DNA from: Chrysomallon squamiferum
Lineage: Eukaryota > Animalia > Mollusca
Direction of reading: 5' to 3'
Length of the DNA: 64,000 bases
Assembly: GCA_012295275.1 (NCBI GenBank)
Contig: CM022671.1
Coordinates: forward strand, 1,302,001-1,366,000
A model generated the notes under the pieces. That model did not search any database, had not been told where the DNA came from, and saw only the letters and a list, made by a program, of their open reading frames with translations. Position 1 is the stretch's first letter. Each line of letters opens with the position of its first letter. Position numbers and translations under genes: made by a program. Shown here piece after piece: positions 26,201 to 38,440 of this stretch.

Positions 26201-27562
26201 TAGGTGGTAAAAATCTTTTAAAATCTTCTTAAAAATGAATAAGATAATGAAGATAAATTTTGTTGATAAATTTAATATTTAACTTTCAAATGAGGACATT
26301 GATGGAAAGAAGATACAAAGTTGAGAAAAATGAAATAAAAAAATATATATTAAAAAGTACACAACAAAATAAACACAAACAGCGTATTTCCGGTTTGACA
26401 ATGAATGATCTATTTTTCTTTTTAAAATACAAAACTGTACAGAATATGAAAGGATTTACTAGATACTTAAATGTATAATCAAGGTTTAACTGTAAACAAT
26501 GATAATGTAATAAAACAGATATCCAAGAGTTCTTGCATCTCACTTCAATACTGTGAGAATATCGAAGTTTTAACCTGTCACTATGTGAATGGCCCTAAAA
26601 CTCTGACAAAATGATTCATAATATGTAAAAAATATATAGTGAAGATAAATAAAATAATAAAAATAACTAAAAATATAATAAAAGTTAAATAAATTTTCTT
26701 CTACCAGTGCTGAATACTTTTTAAAAATATAAATCTTATATTATAATATGACATCATATGTCTGTCATAATTATTATTTTAAGTAGAGTGGTAAAATAAG
26801 AAAACTGTCACGACAAGTATTATGTTACCCCACATTAAATCTGACCTCAGTTAACTGAAAAACAGTATTACACAATACATCTGTAGTTTATTATTGTTCT
26901 TAAAATATTTCCAGCCCTTAATTTATTGTAAGTGGTTTAAAAAATATTAACTAAAAATAGTATTTTATGTAAATGGGTTCATGGAACATACTACTAATAA
27001 TTAAAGTGACAACTGTAACAGTTATTTCTAAACAGATAATACACCATCATTTTCAGGGACATGAATGGGTACTGAAGCATGCAACAAGGCACTTTAGCTG
27101 CCTTATTTACAAAAAAATATTTTTAACATAGGTCTGTATATTAAATAACAGCTATTTCTTCTCTTCCGTAATTAAATTGTAATTTATTAAAAATTAAATA
27201 TAAAAAAAATTAAAATAAAAAAAAAATTAAAATTGAAAAACAATACAGGTTAAGAATCACTTTTTTGAACTGCCTGGAACCTGAAGCGATTCAGTTTTTG
27301 GAATTTGGAAAATATTGGGATAGCCTGAAAATGGGATCCAAGTCTAAATATATTTAAGCAGAGTTTAAACAGGACCTGTAGATTTTTGACATAATATAGT
27401 TAATAATTTTGTGCTGAATGATTCAAAAACAGCAAGATGTCATTTCTGTTGTCTGGAAAAAAAATGGAGATTTTTGAATTTTGATTAACACTTAATAATA
27501 AAAATATAACAATGATAATAATAAAAAAAAAACCCATAAAATAAAATTTAAAACAATGCATG

Positions 27563-27597
<35 letters not shown>

Positions 27598-28623
27598 AAA
27601 CATAGTACAGTTCAACCAAAAAAAAAGAAAAGTTTTATAAGTTTTTTTTTCTTTTCTTTTTTTGCCGAAAAAATATGAATACCTCCATTATGATAAAGAG
27701 ATAAAATAAAAGGTATCTTTATTTAAAGCTGATTTGATTTGTAGTATACTGAAATGTTATATTTATATATCTATATAATTTGTACAGCCTTCTTTTAAAA
27801 GAATGCAATTGTCCTGAATTGAAAAAAACATTTTGAATCAAGCCTAGAGACTTGTTTTAACTTTTTTTTTTAATAGAATAAGCTTTTCTGTTTCAAGTCT
27901 GACGATACTTATTTTCCACTTACATTTTTGTAATAATTTTAAAAAAATATTGTTTTAAACTTGGTTTCTGCAGTTACATAATTTCCATAAACTGATTTAC
28001 TATCTTATATATTTTGAATAATAAAAGAATAAAAATAAAAATCAGAAATTAACAGGACTTATGATCATCTGTAAAAAATGTATCTGACCTATGAAATATT
28101 TATTTCACATTAAAACTAATACAACTATAACAATTACCGGTATCATTTATTTATAGAATATATATGATAAATTAACAAAACTATAATTCTCTCTTTATGT
28201 AGTGTTAGTAGGTTTTTTTACGTGCAAAGCAAACTTTAACAGATTTCTGTGGAAGTAAGAGAACTAGTTCATACAAGACAAATTTTAGTCTGCTGTGTTC
28301 AAAACTTATTTTTCAAGAACAGAAGGCAGCATTACTCAGCATTTTGCCATTGTGTAATGGTTATCACGAAAACGTAAATATAACAATAACAAGATTTCAT
28401 ATTTTGTTTGTCACTAATTCTACAGTACTGATTTTCTTTTAGTGATTTTGCTGTTGCTCAAGGGATATAAATAACAGATGGAAGAGACAATATGAGGTCT
28501 GTCACAGCCTACAAACGTCCTGCAAATTTATCAAATGAAGCCAGACAACAACAGTTTACATAACAGTCACCTCACTGCACCAGAAAACTGAACTGCCAAC
28601 ACACACGATGTAACACACTTTGT

Positions 28624-31600
28624 TCATGACCTGGCACACCTCCTGTAGAAGAGAATGTAAGCATTTTCTCTCAGTTCTTTGGTAGTCACTTCGTAATCCA
28701 TGTTCACTTCTGTGACATTTTCGTCATCGAACCTGTACCAGATGCCGTTGTTGTGCAGTGCATAGGTAACATAGTGTCCATTGTGCGTGCTCTCGGCTCC
28801 CAAGTGCACACAGACACTGTAGAGGTCGTAGCAGTAACCATGGTTTGCTGCAGTCAGGTCCTCGCGGTTTGTCACAGTGTCAAATATAATGTGTGACAGG
28901 TCGAGCTTTTTCAAACGAATGCTCACTGGACTTTTAATCTTTTTGCTACAGCCCGACTTCTGACTGAATGAAAATCTCATCAGCTGAATGATGAGACACT
29001 CGGGTAACTGTCTGAGGAGACACCGTCTTTGAATCTCACCCTGTTGTTTGGGTATGACTACGTTGCTGCCACCTCTCGACGTCACATCCAGTATGGGAGT
29101 TGATGTTCTGAACATGTGATCGTGAAAGCCGCTGTCGTTGGTGTCTCGCGTGCTGGGTATTGGAGACATGTATGGATTCAGCGAGGTCGGTGTGCCTGAT
29201 GTGGAACTGATGTTTGATGATCTTGTGATAATCTGAGACTTAGGTGTGCTGTGTGTGACTGGATTACTAAATCCTCTCCTCTGGTTTGACATGGCATCAT
29301 CTGTCTGTTCCCAGTATATTCCATTGTTTCCAAACAGCTGCTCTATGTGACAGAACGAGGTAAAACAGTCCTCTAGAAACACTACACCAGACACCTGTCG
29401 TGGAGTTGCTATGGGAACAGGGAGGACATTGAAGGCTTGAAGGTTAACAGAAATATTATTGTTAGACAGAGAGTGGTAAGCCTCGACCAGCTGCCCTGTG
29501 AACAGATCGTCAATTATTGATTCATTGTTTTGTTTGTGAGTCAGCCACTCAAGGTCTGATAGCCTCTGAATTGGCTCAGCATAAGAATCATTTTCCAGTC
29601 CATTAGCATTTTTAATCTGCAGAAGAAGAAAATCTATTACCATCACAAAATACATTCACTAAACAAGTAAAGTGTCAGTATTATATCAGAACGTTTAGTT
29701 ATTTTTTAAAAATATATTGGTTCAAAAAAGACATTCAACAAAAATCTTTCTATCCACATTTATAAGAAGTATATGTCAACAGAAATTAAAAATATCTGGT
29801 ACTTACCTCAGTCTTACAGGCATCTTTTAAATCATTAAGTTTTGCATGATTGAGATCACCATAGATAAACTTTAACATTGATAACGTTGTCATTGAAAAC
29901 CCCTTCTCTCTAAGTCCCCAAGGTACTTTATCTAAAAGAGAAAAATTATAAAGAACACAAATCAGATATGATATTCAATATATATAAACACATATAAACC
30001 AGACTGAATATAGTTTGCATGCAAAACCAACATTATTACTTCTAATTACGGATTAATGCAGTTTGAAAAGACTGAATTTTACAAATATTATTGTGAAGAA
30101 ATTGAAATGCATGAAATAACACTTATTTGTAGTGTTACATGTTATCTGATAAGGAAAGACTGCACTTGTCTCTCCTGACATCAGCTTGAAAGGATTTTTG
30201 GTTTCAAGTTACAGTGTAGTGTTGTTTATGCCTGCATGTATTTAGTGACTAATGTCTGTGCCCAACATTTTTCATAGCTGAGTCCAGAAGGCTCATTGAT
30301 AAATTATCCACCAAGAAGAAATTTGGCTAATTTGCATTATTTCCAAATTCCTTTCAGAGCTCAGTTGTCCAGATGTTTCTGATATATGCAGTACTATTTT
30401 AATGGAAAGTAACTGGAGTATAATAGGATGTTCTGTCACAGGTAATTATCCAATGTATCAAATCTGTTACTGTTGATATTTCATTGGACAATGTTACAGA
30501 AAAATGTTTCATTTCATCCAGTGTTGGTGACTTTGATAAATGCAAAGTTTATGTATTATCAAATGTGTGCTGTAAAAAATATAAATAACATCAACATTAT
30601 ATGTAACAGTGAACAAAAATGAATAAACTTTAAACAAGTTTTCAAAAACCCGTGAACTGTTTGTTTTGGGGTTTTTTAAATTAAGAAAAAGTATATTCTT
30701 ACGTCTTTATATGAAGAACATAAATAAATATTAAACTGTAATCAAAAATGTTAACCAAATAATAACATCTACATGCTAGAGAAGTACAAGTACCATTCTG
30801 CCCAGGCTGTTTGTTGTGGTTGAGCACTGTGTGTACTGTATCAAGCAGCCACATGAGAAATTCTGCTGCATCCTGCTGCTCCTGCATGTGACCTACTTGT
30901 GCAACCAGTGTGCTGTTCAGTGACGCTGCTGCCTTCCTGAATGACGATGTGTCGAGCACTGCAGCGCTGCTGTGACCTGGAGGCAGGCTGCACTGCTGTA
31001 GAAGATCTGACAGGCTGGACAGGAGAACACTTTCTGCGATGCCACACTGCAGGTTATTTGACAAAGCAATGGTCAGACATGACACAAGATGAGGACTTCT
31101 TGCCAGTGACTGAAGTACAGCGTTCATGAAACAAAGGTTCATGCCATGGTTTTTTAAACCTGGAGGTAAGTCTGATGGCTTATTCAGGCCAAAAGCTCTC
31201 ATAAATTTGCTTCTGACTGATGTTCTCGTTGACGATGGTTGGTCAAGAGGCTTAGGAATGTGTGTAGAAATATGCTCGTGAAGTGGGCGTCTCGTTAGAC
31301 TCTCTCCTCCAAACCAGTAAGGTTTTGCTGACGTGCTGACATTGTCATTAACACTACCACCTGCTCTACGCTGTGTCAAAAACGAACCTTCACTGTGTTG
31401 CTGGTTCTGAATCAGCTGATCAAACTTTGGCTCTTGCTGACTGACCTTTGTACCTGGCAGTGAGTAAAACCATTCACTTTTGCTCTGAATGGGTTTTTGA
31501 CTTACAGAATATGCACTGTTATTTGCCACTGGATGAACAATGGATGCTGGGATACCTCCAGGTTGAAGCTGCTGGTAGTAAGGAAGATAATTCACATTAG

Positions 31601-32716
31601 GTGGAGAGACTGCAGTGACTTGTTTCTGTCTCATGTGATGTTCTTGAATATGCCCCAGGCTTTCTTCATGTTGTTTGTACTCATCCCACCTGGTTTGTAC
31701 ATTGTTCAAGAAACGTTTGAGGCCATCTCGTCCACAGAGTTGTGTATAACCAAATGTAAACACAGTAAGTAAACTCAACAGATATGGCATGTGGTGAAAG
31801 TAGCACATAATACAAATGACAAACAAACAGGCTGACTCAAACAACCAGATTCGTTTTTTCCATTCATTCCTGAAAAAAAAAAAATGTTTTATTCATTATC
31901 CAGGTAATTCTTACAAAGATTAATTAATATTCTAAATAATCTGCTGATTTCTTTTATCCAAATAAAATATAAAAACTTAAAATATATTTAAGTGAGAGTT
32001 CAAACAGATATATCATCATCAGGTAAGAATCCAAGATCCTAAAATAAGAAATATGTTGTTACTACTTATTATAAAGATGATAATAAACTATCTAAATGTT
32101 GTATTGAACTAATTTGTAATGGCAACAAATAAATAAAAACATTTAACTCGATGCTTTTTTAGGTTAAAAACTGCAACAACACCAACAAAATTACACTGGC
32201 CAACCACTGAATCAGTATAGTTAATAACGATGTGTTGAGAAGGGAATTCAATTTTTTTTGTTGTTCTTTTTTTCAGACACTCTTTATGATATTTATACTT
32301 CTGAACTAGGAGAAAATAACAAATCCAGGACAAAATTCAGTATACGTTTACTGACAATACATTAAACTGCAAAATCAGCTAGAATTAATTATGAATAACG
32401 ACGTGTTTTCGTTAGTACGCTTCGGTCGATAAACTAACCGACTAAAATCAAACATTGAAACTGCTCGGACCGGCTAGATTTATATTCAGTAAGACGATAA
32501 AATTTGAATATCAGAATAGTTAAATAAAATAAACAGCAATATCTCTAAGTATTATATTATCAGAATATAACTATTTTCTGTAATTAAACATAAAACAAAT
32601 ACTTACGATGCATCTTTAATCTGCAGTTTTACAAAGATATCGACAAAAACAAAAATTACGAAGTCAATCAAACAATAATACATTAAATAACAAAAATCGG
32701 AGACAATCGAGAACAT
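28624..32716 (-). CDS. Ubiquitin-specific protease (peptidase C19) with hydrophobic N-terminus, 4 exons, ~767 aa
   Basis: Exons 32716-32607, 31869-30794, 29931-29807, 29616-28624 have matching phases 2/1/0 (2304 nt). Cys box PPGLKNHGMNLCFMNAVLQSL, QQDAAEFL, His box VHLGAESTHNGHYVTY and WYRFDDENV are present. Confidence 0.9.
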
Positions 32717-32834
32717 TTTGACCGACTATAATTTATAATCGGTCTCTAAAATACAAAATATATGTCTCACTAGAGAGTATGAAATAATAACTTAAGAAAT
32801 ACAATTCTACATAACAAAACTTCAAATTTCGGCT

Positions 32835-32875
32835 CCAAAATGGCGTCGTAATACAGCGCGTGCGCGCCGGAAACA
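32835..32875. promoter_or_regulatory. Probable promoter of the USP gene (YY1-like and ETS-like motifs, CpG patch)
   Basis: CAAAATGGCG, GCGCGTGCGCG and CCGGAAAC occur in otherwise AT-rich DNA about 120-160 nt upstream of the ATG at 32716. Confidence 0.45.
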
Positions 32876-33938
32876 GATATGTCAGGTTCGTGTGTTATTA
32901 TGTATTACCGCAGTGTTTTAAAATAATTATCGATCACTTCTCTTCAGATATAAAAATAAAGCGTTATTTTAATGTCCAGTATATCACATGCATTTAATAA
33001 ACATAATTCAGATTGTATTCGTTTTGCCATTCTAAACAAAGACAAACGTTGAAACGTCATATTTCTCAATGCTCATCAAGAGGCCGTTTTATCATAACTG
33101 ATAACTTAAGTGGCCTGATTTTTTTTTGAAAGAAGTTGTATTAATTTCTTGTTGACAATTTTTTTCTCATGATCCCATATCATTATCAAATATTCATGCA
33201 CGATTATTCTGGACTTCGTTGGATTTTAGTCATGATCACGACGATTCACAGTATATAAATTATAATGCTAATTAAGAAGATAATAACTTGACGTTGAATT
33301 TAATTTATACTTCATCATTATAATTCATTATTTGTTTCAGATTTCATACTGAAAGTACATTTACCTTAATTTGAAAAGAGCTTAAATAATGAAGTGCTTA
33401 ATCCTTGTTAGATGATATTCATATTGTGGTGCATTTTCTATTCCAATTACTTGAATTAGTAATGCATACATTTTGTTTAATTCCTTTTTATATTTAGTTG
33501 TATTTCACAAACTAGTGGTCGTATAATGATAAGATGTCAGTGACATACAACTAATATTAAACGATAAACAAACACCATATTTATGAATTATAAATACCAT
33601 GATAATCAAGTTTCTACTAGTTACGAATTTGATTTTATAATAATGCTAGCATATCTTATATTTGTCTCCATACACAGACATGCACACACACGCATTGCTT
33701 TATTATTTTATAATAATTACTATTTATAAATTCCAACACAAAAGTTAAAACAAATAATTATTTAAAGATTACAATTTTTATTTGATAGTGCAAACAAATA
33801 TATAAATTAGGGATCAACCCTTTATCTCTTTGTATAAGGTAATTCAGTGACGACATAAAAATATTCAAAAACATATATTTTACTGTTTTTCTGTTTTATT
33901 TTTCCTGTTAATAGTTGCATGATAGATGATATCCAGTC

Positions 33939-34550
33939 TTAAGATGCCATTGTTTGGAGGTTGTCAAACTTCTTATAGACTGTCAGATCACAGGCATCAA
34001 CAATAAGAAAAGGCAGAGACATCTTCTGATGAGAATTATCTTCAATGTTGATAATGTAAGCCAGTCGAGCCTTGTTGTTTTCATTAAAATACACGATTCT
34101 CTCAGTTTTGATCAGTCTGCAGTGTTGGTTGTCAGCTGGAATTCCAAATTTTTCTTTACCAAGTGAAAATAAAAAATCATCACTTCTTTGACATGCAGAA
34201 GAGTCGGGGATGTCATTTTCTATCCCAGACACAAATTCACCCGTCAAAGCTCCAGTGTAGCCATTTTCTTCATCATAGGTTGCCTGGATGCTGACACCAA
34301 ACACAGGAAGCCCATCGAAGGTTACTTCTATACGATGTTTCATACTTCCAAAAACAGTTGGTGCAGTTCGGACAACGTGGAACTCATAGTGGCTGTTGGC
34401 ATTCAAAATCTGATGTAGATCTTTATTGTCTTGTCCTTCCCGGCGATTTGGCATCACTTTTTTAGCTCTTTCTCCAGCATCTTCTCTCACTGATGTCATA
34501 ATCTTGAAGAATGTAAAACCTGAAAAGAAAATAATAATATTGAGTTGGAA

Positions 34551-34582
<32 letters not shown>

Positions 34583-35147
34583 CAAGAGGTGATGCTGTTT
34601 TGCATGTTTCTCATGTGACTGAAATGTATGACATATTTTTAAAGATAAACAAAATATAGTCTTTAAATTTCACTTTAAAAAGAAACTCACTGTGAACTTT
34701 TGTCCTAATAATGTAAAGAAGAAACAATGTAAACATATAAACATATTTTTGCTGAATTCTGTTCTGTTAGAGATTACTTTATACATTATAGCCAAAATAG
34801 GAAATCTTGTTGCCAACTGCCAATTTAAAATTACAGTATTTTGGCTTTAAAAATATTGATTTGATACTGATATATACGGTTTGAAGTGTATGCTTGCAAA
34901 TATTAAAATGTCTAAAATATGTTATTGCACAGGATTTTTGTTTAATAATTTATTTATTAATATTTTTATTTTATGGTTAATGTAATAAAAAAATGAAAAT
35001 TTTCTAATTTCTGTTTTTTATTTTAAATGTTATTTTCACACTTTATTATTAACACAGTTTGTACCACTGAAAGTACACCTTAAAAGATAATACTTACCAT
35101 TACTTACCAAAAACTAAAATGAAAATCACCTTCAATTTCTGGTTCAT
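33939..35147 (-). CDS. Secreted stand-alone M4-peptidase propeptide (FTP + PepSY), copy 1, ~206 aa, no catalytic domain
   Basis: Exon 35147-35108 (MNQKLKVIFILVF, phase 1, GTAAGT) joins exon 34519-33939 (GFTFFKIMTS...). FTP-like HRIEVTFDGLPVFG...LTGEFVSGIENDIP; PepSY-like IVYFNENNKARLAYIINI...PFLIVDACDLTVYKKFDNLQT. Stop at 33939 and AATAAA at 33900-33895. No HEXXH-containing ORF follows. Confidence 0.8.
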
Positions 35148-36477
35148 CAAACTTAATGGAGAACTTTTCCTGCAAAAATAATAATAGACTGATATTCTGT
35201 TCTCAAAAATTGGTTAAAGCTGTTTCAGTATCTATTATTATTATTGTTGTTGTTGAACTTTAAGGCTGGCTAAGAGACACTGCATGAACATGCATTACTC
35301 TGTTGGAAAGAAAAATAATAAACTATAATACATCCTAATACTGTGCAAATAAACTGACCTTACGCGAATTTATTTCATTTCCTATCCCAACAAATATTCT
35401 GTGTAGTTGACTTTCCTTCTGTATGGATTTTTGTAAAGTTTATATTGCCTAAATGTAATAAAGCAAGCAGACCGTGCAAAATGTTACACGAAACTAATCT
35501 TTTAATTTATCTATCGGCTGAGTCATAACAACATATGTCAATATTTTATCTCTGTTTCGCTCCGTTTAGTTTTTACTTTATTTTGCTGCAAATATTAGAT
35601 TTGTATAGGATATACAACAACGGGTCGTTTATTTATTTATTATTTTAAAATGAAAGCTAGTTGCTTTATACGATTTAAACCAGAAAATGTAGTCACGTGT
35701 TCATTCGTAATTACTAATAATGGCGCGCATACATAAACGCAGGTATTCAAGTTGAAAGCTTAAATTTTGTTTTCTTAAAGGGTTACACATTACACTTTAA
35801 GTTCAACAGCTGTACTATTTATTTCACCCTCTTCCCCTTATATAGGTTCATAACGGTAATACAGTTGATACACTTACAAAAAAAAGTAAGACGAATAACC
35901 TTGTTAGACATAATTATTTTTGGCGCCATTGTTTTTCCTTTTCCTTTCCATTCCTTTTCAAAGACATTCCATCATAGATAGATGACACTGAACTTGCCTT
36001 TTAAACTAGATAACTGCAGTATATGTTTCTGTTGATTCGTACCAGTTTAATTTCGTACAAAATTTATGTCGCACCAATTTAAACGACTTTCATATACAGA
36101 GGTGTCACAATTAGTTGTAAAATCGTTTATTACAATTATTAAAGGTGGAAGATCACTGCACTGATTTTAACTACTTTTAATAAAGGCTTATATTTACTTG
36201 ATCTTACAAGTGCTACTGAAACTCCGAACTGCTGTCTTATCCTGCTGTGTACTGAAATTATTGTTACTGATTTTAACAGGCGTCATGTTTTGTTTCGCAA
36301 AACAGTTTTTATTTTTTTATTTTATTATTTTATTTTTAAAAATAATTTTGAATAAATTATTATCTTCTGTTTTGTTTTGTTTCCCAATATTTCTAAATAG
36401 AAAACTCAACTGCATACATACATACATACATACATGCGTATATACGTACATACATATCGTGAATGTAAGAATTAACT

Positions 36478-36529
<52 letters not shown>

Positions 36530-36624
36530 CTGGGGCGGATCTACAGGGGGATCAAATTTGAGGAGTGCCTCTTTTGTTTAGGAGTTTTAGATTTTTTACA
36601 AAGATATTTAGGTTTTTATTTTTA

Positions 36625-36657
<33 letters not shown>

Positions 36658-37150
36658 CTTTGAATGTATAGAACACTGCAGAATACGTCTGCCACGTCCT
36701 TGTTGTAGCTCTGTTACATTATAATACATGTGAATGAACCGTGTGTAATTTTTCACCAAAGCCTGATCAAAATAATATGGTGCCCTTTTTGTCATAGATT
36801 CCCCCCTCATCAGAAATAAATAAACAAATAAATAAATAATTCTGCGCTATTTGCTTTGTGTTTACTGGTATTATTCAGTAGAATTAGCATAATTATTCAT
36901 TATTAAATTAAATCAATTTCGTCAAATACATCAACAGTTTGGGTTTGCCTTCTGGAACAGAGGACAATATTAATTTTATCTTAGATTTTTAAACTTTCTT
37001 AAAAAATAAAAGAACAGACATCAACAGTCAGTTTTATCAACATAAACTTTTATTTGCAATCGAAATAAAACAATTACAGTTTATTATAGTATGGAACATC
37101 AAAAAGAAATAAAATCAACGGAAGTCTTGTTGAAGACAAGATGAAGCTTA

Positions 37151-37869
37151 TTAGTTTTCCACTTTATTAGCCTTTATGTATACCTTCAGATTACAGGCAT
37201 CAACTATGAGATAAGGAACCGACTGTTCAGCTGAACTGTTGTCATTGATAGTTACAGAGTAGGCCAACCGAGCCTTGTTGTTATCAGTAATATACACAAT
37301 TCTTTCCGTTTTAAGCAATTTGCATTTTTGGCAGTCGGATGGAATTTGAAAGCTTTCTTTGCCAAGTGAAAACAAAAAGTCATCACTTCTTTGACAGGCA
37401 GAAGAGTCGGGGATGTCTTTTTCTATCTCGGACACAAATTCTCCTGTCACGGCTCCAGTGTAGCCGTTTTGTTCGTTATACGTTGCCTGGATGCCGATGC
37501 CGAAAACTGGAATGCCATCAAACGTTACTTCAATACGTTGCTTCGTCCTGCCTTGAGTAACTGGTACTGTTCTGACAACGTGGAATTCATAATGGCTGTT
37601 CGCGTTTAAAATCTTGTGCAAATCTTTCCTGTTGTTTCCCTGTACATTAATCTCGGCTCGTTCTTGGCGATGGTTTGATGGAATGACGTCACGGCGATCA
37701 GGCATTGTCTCTTTAGCTCGTTCACCAGCATTTTCTATTTTCACCGAAAACGCTGCATTGAACAACAGAATGCCTGTAATAATAATAATAATAATAATTT
37801 ATGTTGGATATCTTTGGTTTTCGAAGTTACTGTACAATAACTTATACTCAAATAGGAGGGAGGGAGGGA

Positions 37870-37952
<83 letters not shown>

Positions 37953-38261
37953 AGTATCTGAGCTTATATATCCAAAAATATCTTCTAACTAGGCCTACTA
38001 AAATATAATTCAAACAAAAGAGTGTTTGAACTAATTTATCTAGCTTTAAAATTAAAATCATTTTCTTAAAAAGGAAAAGTGAAATGAGAAAGGGTTGCAA
38101 AATTTCAGTCTATAAAAAATAAACATGGATACCTGAATAACCTAAATCCATACTTACAATATAATTAAATAACTGATTCCGAAAATCGATAAGTAACTTC
38201 AGGAAAAAAAAGTCGATACGATCCAATACTTACATGCAATGATTTTCATAATTAACTTCAT
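37151..38261 (-). CDS. Secreted stand-alone M4-peptidase propeptide (FTP + PepSY), copy 2, ~216 aa, no catalytic domain
   Basis: Exon 38261-38234 (MKLIMKIIA, phase 1, GTAAGT) joins exon 37773-37151 (CILLFNAAFS-VKIENAGERAK...). It contains QRIEVTFDGIPVFG, IVYITDNNKARLAYSV and PYLIVDACNLKVY, and shares identical blocks with copy 1 (ILNANSHYEFHVVRT, DIPDSSACQRSDDFLFSLGKE). AATAAA at 37085-37080. Confidence 0.8.
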
Positions 38262-38373
38262 GCTTCTTTTCTTCAGTTGATTAAAACAATGGATCCTTTA
38301 GAAAATTAGTGTATTACTTTATATTAAATTTAAAATGTTTTTTTTTTTTTAAAAACCCATCCCATTATGCCTC

Positions 38374-38440
<67 letters not shown>

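Noticed and set aside
33939-37773. Bacterial contamination as the source of the FTP/PepSY ORFs
   Set aside because: Both have spliceosomal introns, signal-peptide exons and polyA signals, and sit among host microsatellites and animal genes.
38158-38196. 39-nt candidate cassette exon in propeptide copy 2
   Set aside because: It introduces an in-frame TAA in the required phase; it may be a decayed duplicate of the leader exon.
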